Shown piece by piece: positions 18,296 through 28,397 of a DNA stretch of 44,487 nt. Positions within the stretch are counted from its first letter, which is position 1, and each line of letters begins with the position of its first letter. The translations under genes and the position numbers were made by a program. Under the pieces are notes generated by a model, which worked only from the letters and a program-made list of their open reading frames with translations, did no database searches and was not told the DNA's origin. The stretch is from an uncultured archaeon (GTDB lineage Archaea; Thermoplasmatota; Penumbrarchaeia; JASLWR01), in contig CAYFHS010000036.1 in NCBI GenBank assembly GCA_964342815.1, positions 1-44,487 on the forward strand, in the 5' to 3' direction.

Positions 18296-19089
18296 ATGCC
18301 CCCCTTAAAATCCTGACCATAGACGACAATCCCTTCATCCGAAAACTGCTGAAAAGACATCTTGAGAAGGTAGGCTACGAGGTTTTAACAGCCGAGGGCT
18401 GCGATGAAGGTCTTAGTATAATGGAAACCCAAGATATCTCCCTGGTCCTTCTCGACGTTTCCATGCCGCGAAAGAGCGGTGTCATGTGCCTCGACGAGAT
18501 AAACAAACGCTTTGAAGGCATTCCGGTGATCATGGTGACCGCCATGTCCAATCTCGACATTGCTGTGGAAGTGATGAAGAAGGGGGCTCTGGATTACATC
18601 GTAAAACCGGTAAAGAAGGAAAAGCTGCTGGCCTCGGTGAAAAGGGCCATCGAGAACAAGAGCACGCTCATGAGAAGCAAACCCCTGGCACCTTTCAAGG
18701 TAAACCACGCGATACTTCTCAGCAACGGCGGACTGGTAATGTACCATAAAAACCTGATTCCCCGTATCCAGATCGATGAGGATATATTCGGGGGAATGTT
18801 CACTGCCATCAAGATGTTCATAAGCGACTCGCTGTCCATAAAAGGGGTGCTGAAGAATATAGAGCACGGGGACTACAATATAATAATCGAGGAGGGGTGG
18901 AACTTCTACCTTGCCATAATCGGCGAGGGAGAGGATGTGAATTCCATAAGGGAGGAAATGAAGCGAATTGTAGACAGCATCAATTATGGATACAACCACT
19001 TTATCGTTAACTGGAAGGGGGACGCCGCGGAACTGGGCAACATTGACAAGGAATTCCGGGGACTGTATCCTGGCGAGGAAAATGAATAA
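18296..19089 (+). pseudogene. Response regulator (receiver plus longin/roadblock-like domain), frameshifted in a C6 run after the start codon
   Basis: AGGTG RBS then ATG 18296 reads MPPLKS-stop. The frame of ORF 18421 is open from 18295 (LKILTIDDNPFIRKLL...) with no standard start codon; contains LVLLD and YIVKP. Confidence 0.8.
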
Positions 19090-19112
19090 TTGACGATAAC
19101 AGTGTGAGACCA

Positions 19113-20315
19113 ATGTCTGAAGATAAGACGGATTCAAACGAATGCCATGACCTGGGAGAGCAGGACGGGCTCGATCAGGAGGGTCTCTATCAATCTTTTT
19201 TCGAGAATTTTCCAGGTATCGTATTTCTTGCGGATTTGAGTATGAAACCCATTTTCATACGCGGAGAGCTGGAAGGTATTACGGGATACACCCAGGGCGA
19301 CCTTCTGTCCGGGAGTATGAAATGGACCGACATAATTCATCCCGATGACCTGGATGGAGTCACCGACACGGACCATGCGGAGAAAATATTTTCGGCCTCC
19401 GGAACTTCACAGGAGCTCGAGCATCGAATAATAAGGAAGGATGGTGAGATCAGGTGGATTCGAGAGATCACCAGAGCAGTACCCGCTAAAGACGGTAATG
19501 CAAACTACGTTCAGTTTGTCGTATTCGATATAACCCGTGGCAAGGAAACGAACGAGAGGATGGAGGCCGAATGCAGGGAATCCCTGGAAACATCTATCGA
19601 GCTAAGGATGGCCTACGAGGAACTGAGAAGATCGCAGGCGAATCTGGTGAAATCAGAAAAGACGGCCAGGATAGGAACCCTCGCGGACGGTATCGCCCAC
19701 GAGATCAACAATCCTCTGCAGGTAATATACGGCATGACCGAGATAATAATGGACGAAGAGGACCTAACCGAGGTAAAGATACACTGCGGGGATATCTTGG
19801 AAGCGGCGGAGAGGATAAAGCGGATTGTTCACGGCCTGGCATATTATTCGTCGAAGACATTGGCGAAAGCGGTGGAGTGGATCGATCTCAATGAGATCAT
19901 CGAGGACGGCATAGAGATGCTGAAACACTCACCGAAATTGTTCGACGTGCATCTCAAGGTACAGCTCAACGAGATTCCGGAGATCGAAGGAAACCGAGAG
20001 GAATTACAGCAGGTAATCATAAACATCCTTCACAATTCACTTGGGGCCATGGAGGGTGACGGTGAACTGTCCATATGCTCGAACAAGATGGATAAGTCCA
20101 TAGTGGTGGAGATCAAAGACACGGGGAGAGGAATATCCAACGATAACCTGGAAAGCATTTTCGTTCCATTCTTCACCACAGAGGGATTTGGAACGAGAAC
20201 GGGTCTGGGATTGTATATAGTTCAGAAAATAATCAAGAAATACCAGGGGTCCATCGAGATCGAGAGCAGTGAGGGAAAGGGTACCTCGGTAACATTGAAA
20301 TTTCCCATTGATTAA
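19113..20315 (+). CDS. PAS sensor histidine kinase
   Basis: PAS (IHPDD, RIIRKDGEIRWI), H-box AHEINNPL, NILHNSLGA, DTGRGI, FVPFFTT, TGLGL. Confidence 0.92.
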   Translation: MSEDKTDSNECHDLGEQDGLDQEGLYQSFFENFPGIVFLADLSMKPIFIRGELEGITGYTQGDLLSGSMKWTDIIHPDDLDGVTDTDHAEKIFSASGTSQELEHRIIRKDGEIRWIREITRAVPAKDGNANYVQFVVFDITRGKETNERMEAECRESLETSIELRMAYEELRRSQANLVKSEKTARIGTLADGIAHEINNPLQVIYGMTEIIMDEEDLTEVKIHCGDILEAAERIKRIVHGLAYYSSKTLAKAVEWIDLNEIIEDGIEMLKHSPKLFDVHLKVQLNEIPEIEGNREELQQVIINILHNSLGAMEGDGELSICSNKMDKSIVVEIKDTGRGISNDNLESIFVPFFTTEGFGTRTGLGLYIVQKIIKKYQGSIEIESSEGKGTSVTLKFPID

Positions 20316-20328
20316 CAAAGAAGGTGAT

Positions 20329-20706
20329 ATGGTGGCAGGAGAAAAGATATTGCTCATCGACGACGAGCAGCCCATTAGGAAAATGTTCAGGTTAATCCTC
20401 TCCCGGGCAGGTTATGATATATACGAAGCCGACGGCTGCTTGAAGGGCGTAGAAGTACTGAGGGAGGAGGCTGACATTTCAACCGTAATACTGGATGTGG
20501 TAATGCCTGGAGTGACCGGGATCGATTGTCTCGCGAAGATCAAAGCGGAGTTCGGAGAGATACCCGTTATCATGGTTACTGGAGTCACAAATATGGAGAC
20601 CACCAAGGAAGTGTTGAAGATGGGGGCTTTCGATTACATAGCAAAGCCAGTTAGAAAGAATGATCTTCTCAATATTGTTGGAAAAGCGCTTGGAAAAGCC
20701 GATTAG
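20329..20706 (+). CDS. Stand-alone CheY-like receiver protein
   Basis: ILLIDDE, VILD, MVT, YIAKP; AAGGTGA RBS before ATG 20329. Confidence 0.92.
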   Translation: MVAGEKILLIDDEQPIRKMFRLILSRAGYDIYEADGCLKGVEVLREEADISTVILDVVMPGVTGIDCLAKIKAEFGEIPVIMVTGVTNMETTKEVLKMGAFDYIAKPVRKNDLLNIVGKALGKAD

Positions 20707-20764
20707 TGATGAATCATCCAGATATTTTTGTTCTTTTCATCCTCTTGATGACAAAAAACGGTGA

Positions 20765-22181
20765 ATGCAGATGAAGAAGATATGTTTCGTCCTGGACCGT
20801 TCGGGATCCATGAGGGGGATCAAACTCGATTCCGCAAAGGATGGGGTTCCGTCGCTTTGTGGAGGGGCTATACGCATAATGGGACCGGGACATGTTAGGT
20901 TATATCGACACCTACATCTCCTTCATCAGCTTCAACGACATCGTCCAGGTGCGGCTGACGCTCCGCCCGGTAATGGATGTGATTCCTAAACTCAAGCATG
21001 CTCTCGAGAAAACAACACCCCGGGGAATGAGCGCTCTATGGGATGCATTCGGTGCCGCCGTAAGGGAACTCAGCGAGGAAAACCGGGAGGAGGACGAGAA
21101 CTGGATGGTTTTGCTAACGGATGGCCGTGACAATGCCAGCCGCAAGTTCACGCTGAAGAAATTGAAGGAATATATATTGAAGTCCAGGGTCAAACTAAGA
21201 ATTATGATCATAGGTCTCGCGGATTCCCTGGAGGAGTTCAAACTGCGTCATCTTAGTACCCATTTCCGAGGCCAGTACGTAAAATCCGCCTCCGATACCA
21301 TTAGCATACGCTCCTCCTTTGCCCAGGTGGCTAAATCAATAGAAATTGGACATTTCGCCCCTCACTTGGAGATAGATTCTAGAAAATCCTTGTACGGGGA
21401 CCTTAAAGCCGAAGAACTGATCAGGCTGGGTATTAAGGCGCCCCCCTCCCAAGAAAAAATTTCTAAAAGAGATGATACAGATATCTTCAAAATGACAATG
21501 ACCCCCCTTCATCTAAATTTAACAGAAGCAGTGTTGAGGTTAAACAAGGCAAGACAGGTGGAGTGCGACCACGAAATATCCGATGTGGGCAGATCCGAAG
21601 GAGCTGAGATCACCGGTGTTTTGAATATAGCGACACATCAGATACTGTACTGCAAACACAGGAAAGTGGGTGGAAACGAGTTAGAGGGGGCATGTACCTG
21701 TGACGATTTCAGACATAGGGGCCGCAAGCTTGGGATTCCCTGCAAGCATCTGTGGATGGTAATAGGAACGGGTAGCTCGGACCTCTGCGCCGAGGATAGG
21801 TTGAAGGAGGATATCGCGCGGGTACTCACAGGAATCGAAGGTGATATGGGATTGGATGCTGCGCAAGCTGCAAAGATCATCGGATTGATGCAGGACAGGC
21901 TCGCGCCGCTGGTGACTAAGACCAGAGGAAGCCCACCGAAGCAATCGGCAGTTCCTATACCAGCAAGTAAACAGGATACACAGACAACATTGGAGAACCT
22001 GGTGCTGGATTCTCTTGCAAAGAGACCTGGGGGTATGACCGTCGACAGACTTTGTGCAGAAATGAATGTGAAAACCGATAAGGGAAAAAAGAAGGTTCAA
22101 ATCGTCCTGAAATTTCTGGAGATGAAACGAAAGATCAGCAGAATGAATGATAAATTTTACATTAATCAAGTAAAATCCTAA
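20765..22181 (+). pseudogene. VWA-SWIM zinc finger-wHTH protein, 5-prime part disrupted by a frameshift and a stop
   Basis: MIDAS DRSGS in ORF 20765; continuation RRFVEGLYA-stop-WDRDMLG...SALWDA...LLTDG in the +1 frame from 20850; SWIM CTC...CKH; C-terminal wHTH-like segment. Confidence 0.75.
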
Positions 22182-22251
22182 GTGAGCTCGATCATCAGAC
22201 ACTGACCATTTCCCGTGACTTATCGAATTTCCAATTATTTTCACAAATCGA

Positions 22252-22890
22252 CTATTCGATCGGTAAATTTAAATGTTCTATCTCTTGGATCCGTTCGTCC
22301 AATGCCTTCCTCAATCCCTTGATAACAATGTCCGATTGGACATGCAGCTCCTTCCCTAATTCCCTGCTGGCCTCGAAATGCATTTTATAAAAATCCTCAC
22401 TGCGCTTTTTAAGGGTCCGCTCAAGTATTTCCTCTATCGAACCCTTCTTGCTCATAATACCTCTCATGACCCCGATCCATCCTAACCTGTCGATGGCATC
22501 GGCATCGTATACAATTTTTTCTTCAATGGTTTTCTGAGGGATCATCGATGTTGGTGAATGGGCCGTTATCACGTTTGTAATCTTTACAATCTTATCAGGA
22601 TCCAACCCGATGCATTCGAAGTATTCCTCGGCTATTGTGGCGCCCACGAGACCGTGCATCACGTCCGCCCCGTTTATAACACGTCCAATATCATGGAACA
22701 GCGCACCCACTATGACCGTGAAAGGATCAGATACTTCCGGTATCGCCTCTGCTATTTTTATAGCATATCTGGTCACTTCCAATACATGCGAATAGTCATG
22801 TCCTTCAGTATGTGCGTGCTTTTGTTTTACAAACGAAACCATGTCCCTGATCATGGCCAATTCCTTATTGTTGAGCTTCCTGGTAAACAT
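22252..22890 (-). CDS. HD-domain phosphohydrolase
   Basis: HDYSH...FHDIG...H...AHS...DAD.IDRLG; AGGTGAGG RBS before ATG 22890. Confidence 0.9.
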   Translation of the reverse strand: MFTRKLNNKELAMIRDMVSFVKQKHAHTEGHDYSHVLEVTRYAIKIAEAIPEVSDPFTVIVGALFHDIGRVINGADVMHGLVGATIAEEYFECIGLDPDKIVKITNVITAHSPTSMIPQKTIEEKIVYDADAIDRLGWIGVMRGIMSKKGSIEEILERTLKKRSEDFYKMHFEASRELGKELHVQSDIVIKGLRKALDERIQEIEHLNLPIE

Positions 22891-22901
22891 ATACCTCACC
22901 T

Positions 22902-23804
22902 TCAAATAAATACATGTATGATCGAATCACCCGGTACAACCGCTGCTTCACGTCTCACATATCCAACGGTTCCATCGCAAGGGCAGCTCAACACCTTTTC
23001 AATTTCCGGTTCAAATGGTTTTAGCAGTGCTATGATCTGACCCTTTTCCACTCGGTCACCAGGTTCCACCACAACCCTTATGAATCCCATCTCTCCCACC
23101 TTGGGGATCACCCTGTCATGATAAATTCCGTGGTTTTCCGGTTCCCTAAAATCTCCGGGGATAACCGCTCTTTTTTTAAGCAGGTTCATTAGACCATACA
23201 AACATCTTTCAACGTTTTCTATTTCGATCCTTCTTCCCCCACCTATCTCGATAGTACACGACCTCACTCCCTGGTTCCTGATGACAGGAGCGATCAATCC
23301 TTCTTCCTCCCTACGGACCCATATGTGCTCAAATAATAAATAAGCCGCGTAGCCAACGTCTTCTTCTTTGGGCACGCGAACGTGTGAAATGAACTTACCC
23401 GGTCCGCCGGAGTGAATGTCGATCAGATAATCATGTTTTTTAAATATTGTGGAGTATAGAGAATTCCCCAGCCTCCCGGTATTCGAGTCCATGAGATCGG
23501 GATAGATTCGGTTCATGTCTATACCGTCGGGCCCCGTCCTCTGTTTAAGAAGGAACGCTGGAGGGTTGATCATGGGTAATATGACAATGGTCCCGTTGAT
23601 TTTTTCCGGTAGTTTTTCCCTAAGAAGAAGGAGAGTTAAAATACCGTTCCATTCGTTCCCGTGCTGCCCTGCTGTGAAACAGATCCGTTCCCCGCTCCCG
23701 CCGGATATTGTTGTCATGGGCAGGCACTCCCCTTCCACCTCCAGCAAATAATGGTTTTTCCCCTTTAATAAAAGATCTAGATCACCTATCTTAACCGTCC
23801 GCAC
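22902..23804 (-). CDS. Succinylglutamate desuccinylase/aspartoacylase (M14) family protein with C-terminal biotinyl/lipoyl-like domain
   Basis: AGQHGNE, DMNR, IDIHSG, TIEIGGG; VEPGDRVEKGQII segment; GGAGGAG RBS. Confidence 0.9.
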   Translation of the reverse strand: MRTVKIGDLDLLLKGKNHYLLEVEGECLPMTTISGGSGERICFTAGQHGNEWNGILTLLLLREKLPEKINGTIVILPMINPPAFLLKQRTGPDGIDMNRIYPDLMDSNTGRLGNSLYSTIFKKHDYLIDIHSGGPGKFISHVRVPKEEDVGYAAYLLFEHIWVRREEEGLIAPVIRNQGVRSCTIEIGGGRRIEIENVERCLYGLMNLLKKRAVIPGDFREPENHGIYHDRVIPKVGEMGFIRVVVEPGDRVEKGQIIALLKPFEPEIEKVLSCPCDGTVGYVRREAAVVPGDSIIHVFI

Positions 23805-25116
23805 CCTTTTCTCCTCCGATCATCTCTTTTTGCATAAGCTCAAAAACGGCACATGAGGCTGCGAACATGTCGGCCACATCCGTTTCCGTCAATCCGAACA
23901 TGTCCAATGATTCAGGGCTCAGCCCCATTCCCCTCTCGGTTTCTATCCCACCGTACCCGGAAAGATTTACTACGAATCCTTCTTTGTGATCCATACTCAA
24001 GAAGGGACTTCTTGCTATTCTCATAAGGAGACCCATTGGAATTATTTCATCTCCGTTCCTTCCAACGTAAATCCGAATATCGAAGTTTCGTTCACTTTTT
24101 TTCCACTTCATGGGGACGAATCTCACAGCCTCCACAACTGTATAGGGGAACGGTTTTCTCTCATTGCCGAACTTGGCCCAAAACTCGTTCATACTTAAAT
24201 TCAAGATTGCCTCTATGTCCGCTCGTTCGTCCAGTGCATAGATGCCAGCTCCTCCGCTGCCCCCGTACGGCTTGATGACCACAGGGGATGTGCCTGCCTT
24301 GAAGAAATCCGCCGCCACTTGCTTCAGCTCTTCCAAATCAGGGCATAACCGGGCCTTCAAAGGATGGATCCGATATTTACCTAGCAGGACGCTGTACTTT
24401 TCAATGAGTTCATACGTGGAATATTTATCATCCGTGGTTCGGTACACTCTATTGGCAAACAAGGTCATGAGATCACCGGTACTTGCCCACTTGCCAAGGT
24501 CTTGATGCCGCCTTATCACGCCGTCGCCGACTATACCATGGAGCGGAATATCATCGATAAACGCATATCCATTATCCACTCTTATCCTTGGAAGGATCTC
24601 GGGATAAGCTCCCATCATTATTTTTGCTCCACCGAGCTCAAGGTTTGTGTCGGGACCGATGGTAATAAAATGGGCATCTTCCCCACTTTCCTTTATAACC
24701 TGGTAGAAAGCTTCCGCCACAATGAACTTTTCATGTATTACCTTATCCTCATTGAGATGGCCGATCAAAATGTTAGGTTCTTTCGGTAGGAAACGAAGCA
24801 TCTCCACGAAGCTTCTGCAAGCCTTTTTGGTATATTTTACTGGCAAAAGGGAAATACCGCGGCTGTTACCGCCGTTCGTTTCGATGATGCAGAACCTTTT
24901 TTGGCCCATATGGGAAGAGACCATAAAATCCACGCTTCCCAAGAAGAAATGGTCTGTGAATATCCTCCCGTGACCTCCCTCCCGTAACTTTTGTATTGCC
25001 TGTTGGATGATCCTGTCACACGTTTTCGGATCCTGTTTCTCTCTGATGTCCTGAAGAGTTACCATTTGTCGACCCAGCACGGAAGCATATCTAACAAGTG
25101 CATCATCATTGATCAT
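23791..25116 (-). CDS. Circularly permuted ATP-grasp amidoligase
   Basis: ANR...DDK, VVIKPYGGSGGAG, FDIRIYV, VVNLSGYGG in the C-terminal half; the normally terminal D...ExN strands (SVDF...IIETNG) lie near the N-terminus. Confidence 0.8.
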   Translation of the reverse strand: MINDDALVRYASVLGRQMVTLQDIREKQDPKTCDRIIQQAIQKLREGGHGRIFTDHFFLGSVDFMVSSHMGQKRFCIIETNGGNSRGISLLPVKYTKKACRSFVEMLRFLPKEPNILIGHLNEDKVIHEKFIVAEAFYQVIKESGEDAHFITIGPDTNLELGGAKIMMGAYPEILPRIRVDNGYAFIDDIPLHGIVGDGVIRRHQDLGKWASTGDLMTLFANRVYRTTDDKYSTYELIEKYSVLLGKYRIHPLKARLCPDLEELKQVAADFFKAGTSPVVIKPYGGSGGAGIYALDERADIEAILNLSMNEFWAKFGNERKPFPYTVVEAVRFVPMKWKKSERNFDIRIYVGRNGDEIIPMGLLMRIARSPFLSMDHKEGFVVNLSGYGGIETERGMGLSPESLDMFGLTETDVADMFAASCAVFELMQKEMIGGEKGADG

Positions 25117-25125
25117 GGTAACGCC

Positions 25126-26325
25126 CTAACAATTCAATACCCATTCTGGTTCAAGTACTGCGCTGACCTGGCCCAGTTCCAGTTCCAGGATCCTGTCCAG
25201 CACTTCTTCACCCCTGTAATCGAATGGGAATTGTGCGGGACCGGATAAATAGATTTTGGCTTCCTTTCCTCGAGTTTTGATCCCGAACATGGTTCCTCCG
25301 TCACCCATCTTAAGATCCACGAGGGATTCCATCATGGGGAAAGTGTAACCCCCTCCATGCGGTAGGATGTTTGCGTTGACAAGTTTGTCGTAGGCACCCG
25401 TTTGCTCCGCTCGTTCAAGAAAATTTAATTTTTCCATTATCTCTTCCGAGAGATTCGGTGCTGCGGATAATATGTAGCCACCAGCATTCGCTTTCAGGGC
25501 AAGTGGAAATCGACCCTTGGGCGTAGTAGAGTTCACTCCCAGAAGCATCTCATTAAAGGATCGAAGACCCTGGTGGCAGTGGTTCGAGATGAATTTAAAG
25601 TCATCGAACAGCTCAGCGGCGAAGAGGAGACGCTTTTTCTTTGAAAAGTCGTTTGCAAAATCGAAAGCGTCAAGGTACTCTCTTGCATTGTCACCCTGAA
25701 CATAATTTAGGGTTCCGAATTGAGTGGGAATAATCTCCATTCTTTCCTGGACCATTTTGCTCTGATGACAATACATTCCCATATGATCTCCATTATCCAT
25801 TCTTAACTCCGGTATACCAGAGTGGATCAGACAAACGTATGGGGGAATGTCCATATCGCTCTTGACCACCTTGAAAACATCAACGAAGTGATTGCTTTTG
25901 TTGATGTCCATATCGACTTTTACCTCATCGATGAAGTGTTCTGTCACTAACAAAGACCTCGCTCTTTCAATTATTTCTTCACAATCAGGTATTGAGTCCA
26001 ACGAACCTACCAGTATCCCGCAACCATTCGGCAACACGTCCAAAAAGATCAATTTCTCCCTTCCGTTTCCCCAGATGAGCTTACCCCCGTAACCAAAACC
26101 GTTTTGCCATCGTCTCAAGTTCCTTGTTACACACTCGTCCGGAGCACCGATAAAAACTGCTTTTTCCTCCATACCCAGCTCTTCCTGGGCATGATGTATC
26201 TTTGAAAGGCCGAATCTCATGTTGGCCTGAGACAACTGGGAGCTGGCATCATTTAATCCTGTGGTGAATAGATATTTTCCCGCTTCTTCCAACTGTGAAA
26301 ACCTCACATTATCCTTTAGATTCAT
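25126..26325 (-). CDS. Highly divergent RtcB-fold protein
   Basis: Collinear matches to RtcB ligand motifs: APD, PNGCG, SNHF, IHSG, NHCH, LPHGGG. Confidence 0.75.
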   Translation of the reverse strand: MNLKDNVRFSQLEEAGKYLFTTGLNDASSQLSQANMRFGLSKIHHAQEELGMEEKAVFIGAPDECVTRNLRRWQNGFGYGGKLIWGNGREKLIFLDVLPNGCGILVGSLDSIPDCEEIIERARSLLVTEHFIDEVKVDMDINKSNHFVDVFKVVKSDMDIPPYVCLIHSGIPELRMDNGDHMGMYCHQSKMVQERMEIIPTQFGTLNYVQGDNAREYLDAFDFANDFSKKKRLLFAAELFDDFKFISNHCHQGLRSFNEMLLGVNSTTPKGRFPLALKANAGGYILSAAPNLSEEIMEKLNFLERAEQTGAYDKLVNANILPHGGGYTFPMMESLVDLKMGDGGTMFGIKTRGKEAKIYLSGPAQFPFDYRGEEVLDRILELELGQVSAVLEPEWVLNC

Positions 26326-26464
26326 ATTAATGCGAGGTATTTTTATTATATTTATACCTATTGCTTAGCAAAGCTTATTCTATAGGTCCATGGGGACCGG
26401 TGTTTTTATTCACGGGGTTTGGATAAGGTTGAAAATGCAGCTCCGCGGATGGATTTTCCATCCA

Positions 26465-28126
26465 TCAATTCCCGGCCATCATGGCTTTCATATCCGACTC
26501 CACGTCGGTATTCGGCGCGATGTCAAAGTTCTCCACAAGCACATTCAATACATTGGGGGACACGAAAGCTGGAAGTTTTGGCCCGAGGCGTATCTTTTTT
26601 ACTCCGAGATGCAGCAGGGCGAGAAGGACCAGTACGGCTTTCTGCTCGTACCATGCGATGTTGTAGGAGATGGGCAGGTCATTGATATCATTTACACCCA
26701 CCGCCTCGGCAAGTGCCTTTGCCACCAGCACCAATGAATAGGAATCATTGCACTGGCCTGCGTCGAGCACCCGGGGGATGCCTCCTATGTCGCCCAGGCC
26801 CAGCTTGTTATACCTGTACTTCGCGCAGCCTGCTGTAAGTATGATGGTGTCCTTGGGTAGTGTTTCCGCAAATTTGGTGTAGTAGTTACGCTCACTCTGC
26901 CTGCCGTCGCAGCCCGCCATGACGAAGAAACGCTTGATATTGCCGGCGCTGATGGCCTCAAGCACCTTGTCCGCCACTCCCAGCAGCGTGTTGTGGCCAA
27001 AGCCGCCTGTGATCTCGCCCTTCTCGATCCCATGGGGGGGCGCGCACATTTTTGCATGATCGATGATCTGCGAAAAATCCTTACTGCCGCCAAGGGGCCG
27101 ATCGGGGATGTGTTTCACACCCGTAAAACCTGTTACACCGGTGGTGAATAACCGATGTTTGTAGGATTCCTTTGGAGGTACCAGACAGTTTGTGGTATTC
27201 AGCACCGCTCCGTTGAAGCTTTCGAACTCATCCTTCTGTTTCCACCACGAACCCCCGTAGTTGCCCACTAGATGAGAGTATTTCTTGAACGCCGGATAGT
27301 AATTAGCCGGCAGCATCTCTCCGTGGGTGTAGACGTCCACGCCCGTGTCTTTTGTCTGTTCCAGAAGCTCTTCCATGTCCTTGAGATCGTGGCCAGTTAC
27401 AAGTATGCCGGGATTGTCCTCGACGCCGATATTGACTTTTGTTACTTCCGGATGCCCGTAATTTGTGGTATTGGCTTCGCTGAGAAGTGCCATGGTCTTC
27501 ACACCGTACTCTCCGCATTTGAGGGTTAGGCCCACCAGGTCATTCACACCTAGGGAGTCATCCAGCGTGGCCGCGAGAGCTTCCTTCATGAAAGAAAATA
27601 TCTCCGGGTCTTCCGCACCGAGAACGAAGGCATGGTGCGCATAGGCTGCCATCCCCTTCAACCCGTAAAGAATTATGGAACGGAGGGAGCGGATATCTTC
27701 ATTTTCTGCTGAAAGTATTCCAACCTTTTCCGCGAGAGCCGTCATCTCCGAAGGATCTTCCGTGGAAATATCGGCATGAGGTGGCAGAGGTCCGTCATAC
27801 TCTTTGTCGTTTTTGTCATAGTAGGCAGCATGGAAACCAGCTCTTATACGGTCTCTGATGCCGTACGAAGCTATTATCTTATTGCTTAAGGCCTTGTCGT
27901 CGAAATTAGCGTTAGTGATGGTAACGAAGAGGTTTTCCATCACGAATTCGTCCAGTTCCGCAGTCTCGATCCCGAGTTCGCCGGCTTTGTCCCCATACCA
28001 TGATATCACTTTCAACTGGTGAAGCAGCACGTCCTGAAGATCCGAGGTCGGTGCCTTCTTTCCGCAAACTCCCGAGCGGTCGCAACCGGTTCCCCTGGCT
28101 GTCTCTTCACATTGATAACAGAACAT
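26465..28126 (-). CDS. hcp: Hybrid cluster protein (hydroxylamine/NO reductase)
   Basis: MFCYQCEET...GC...[46 protein letters not shown]; AAGGAGG RBS at ATG 28126. Confidence 0.97.
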   Translation of the reverse strand: MFCYQCEETARGTGCDRSGVCGKKAPTSDLQDVLLHQLKVISWYGDKAGELGIETAELDEFVMENLFVTITNANFDDKALSNKIIASYGIRDRIRAGFHAAYYDKNDKEYDGPLPPHADISTEDPSEMTALAEKVGILSAENEDIRSLRSIILYGLKGMAAYAHHAFVLGAEDPEIFSFMKEALAATLDDSLGVNDLVGLTLKCGEYGVKTMALLSEANTTNYGHPEVTKVNIGVEDNPGILVTGHDLKDMEELLEQTKDTGVDVYTHGEMLPANYYPAFKKYSHLVGNYGGSWWKQKDEFESFNGAVLNTTNCLVPPKESYKHRLFTTGVTGFTGVKHIPDRPLGGSKDFSQIIDHAKMCAPPHGIEKGEITGGFGHNTLLGVADKVLEAISAGNIKRFFVMAGCDGRQSERNYYTKFAETLPKDTIILTAGCAKYRYNKLGLGDIGGIPRVLDAGQCNDSYSLVLVAKALAEAVGVNDINDLPISYNIAWYEQKAVLVLLALLHLGVKKIRLGPKLPAFVSPNVLNVLVENFDIAPNTDVESDMKAMMAGN

Positions 28127-28397
28127 TTTATTCCTCCTTATCATAAAGTAAACAATTTATTTTTAGTATTTATATTATATCAGGTATTCTTTTTATACTG
28201 AACTAAACCTATAATGTATCCATAGTATTTATAGGAATTTCCAGGCTTTTAACCAAAATTCAGAAGAATTGGATGAATAATCACTTTTTTGAATTCTATC
28301 CCCCAAAAATATATTTCCCATCATTAATATTATCGCCATAGAGGGCTTTGGACGTCCCTTTATCTTTTTGCGGTTTTACCAAGCCAAGGGGGATATT

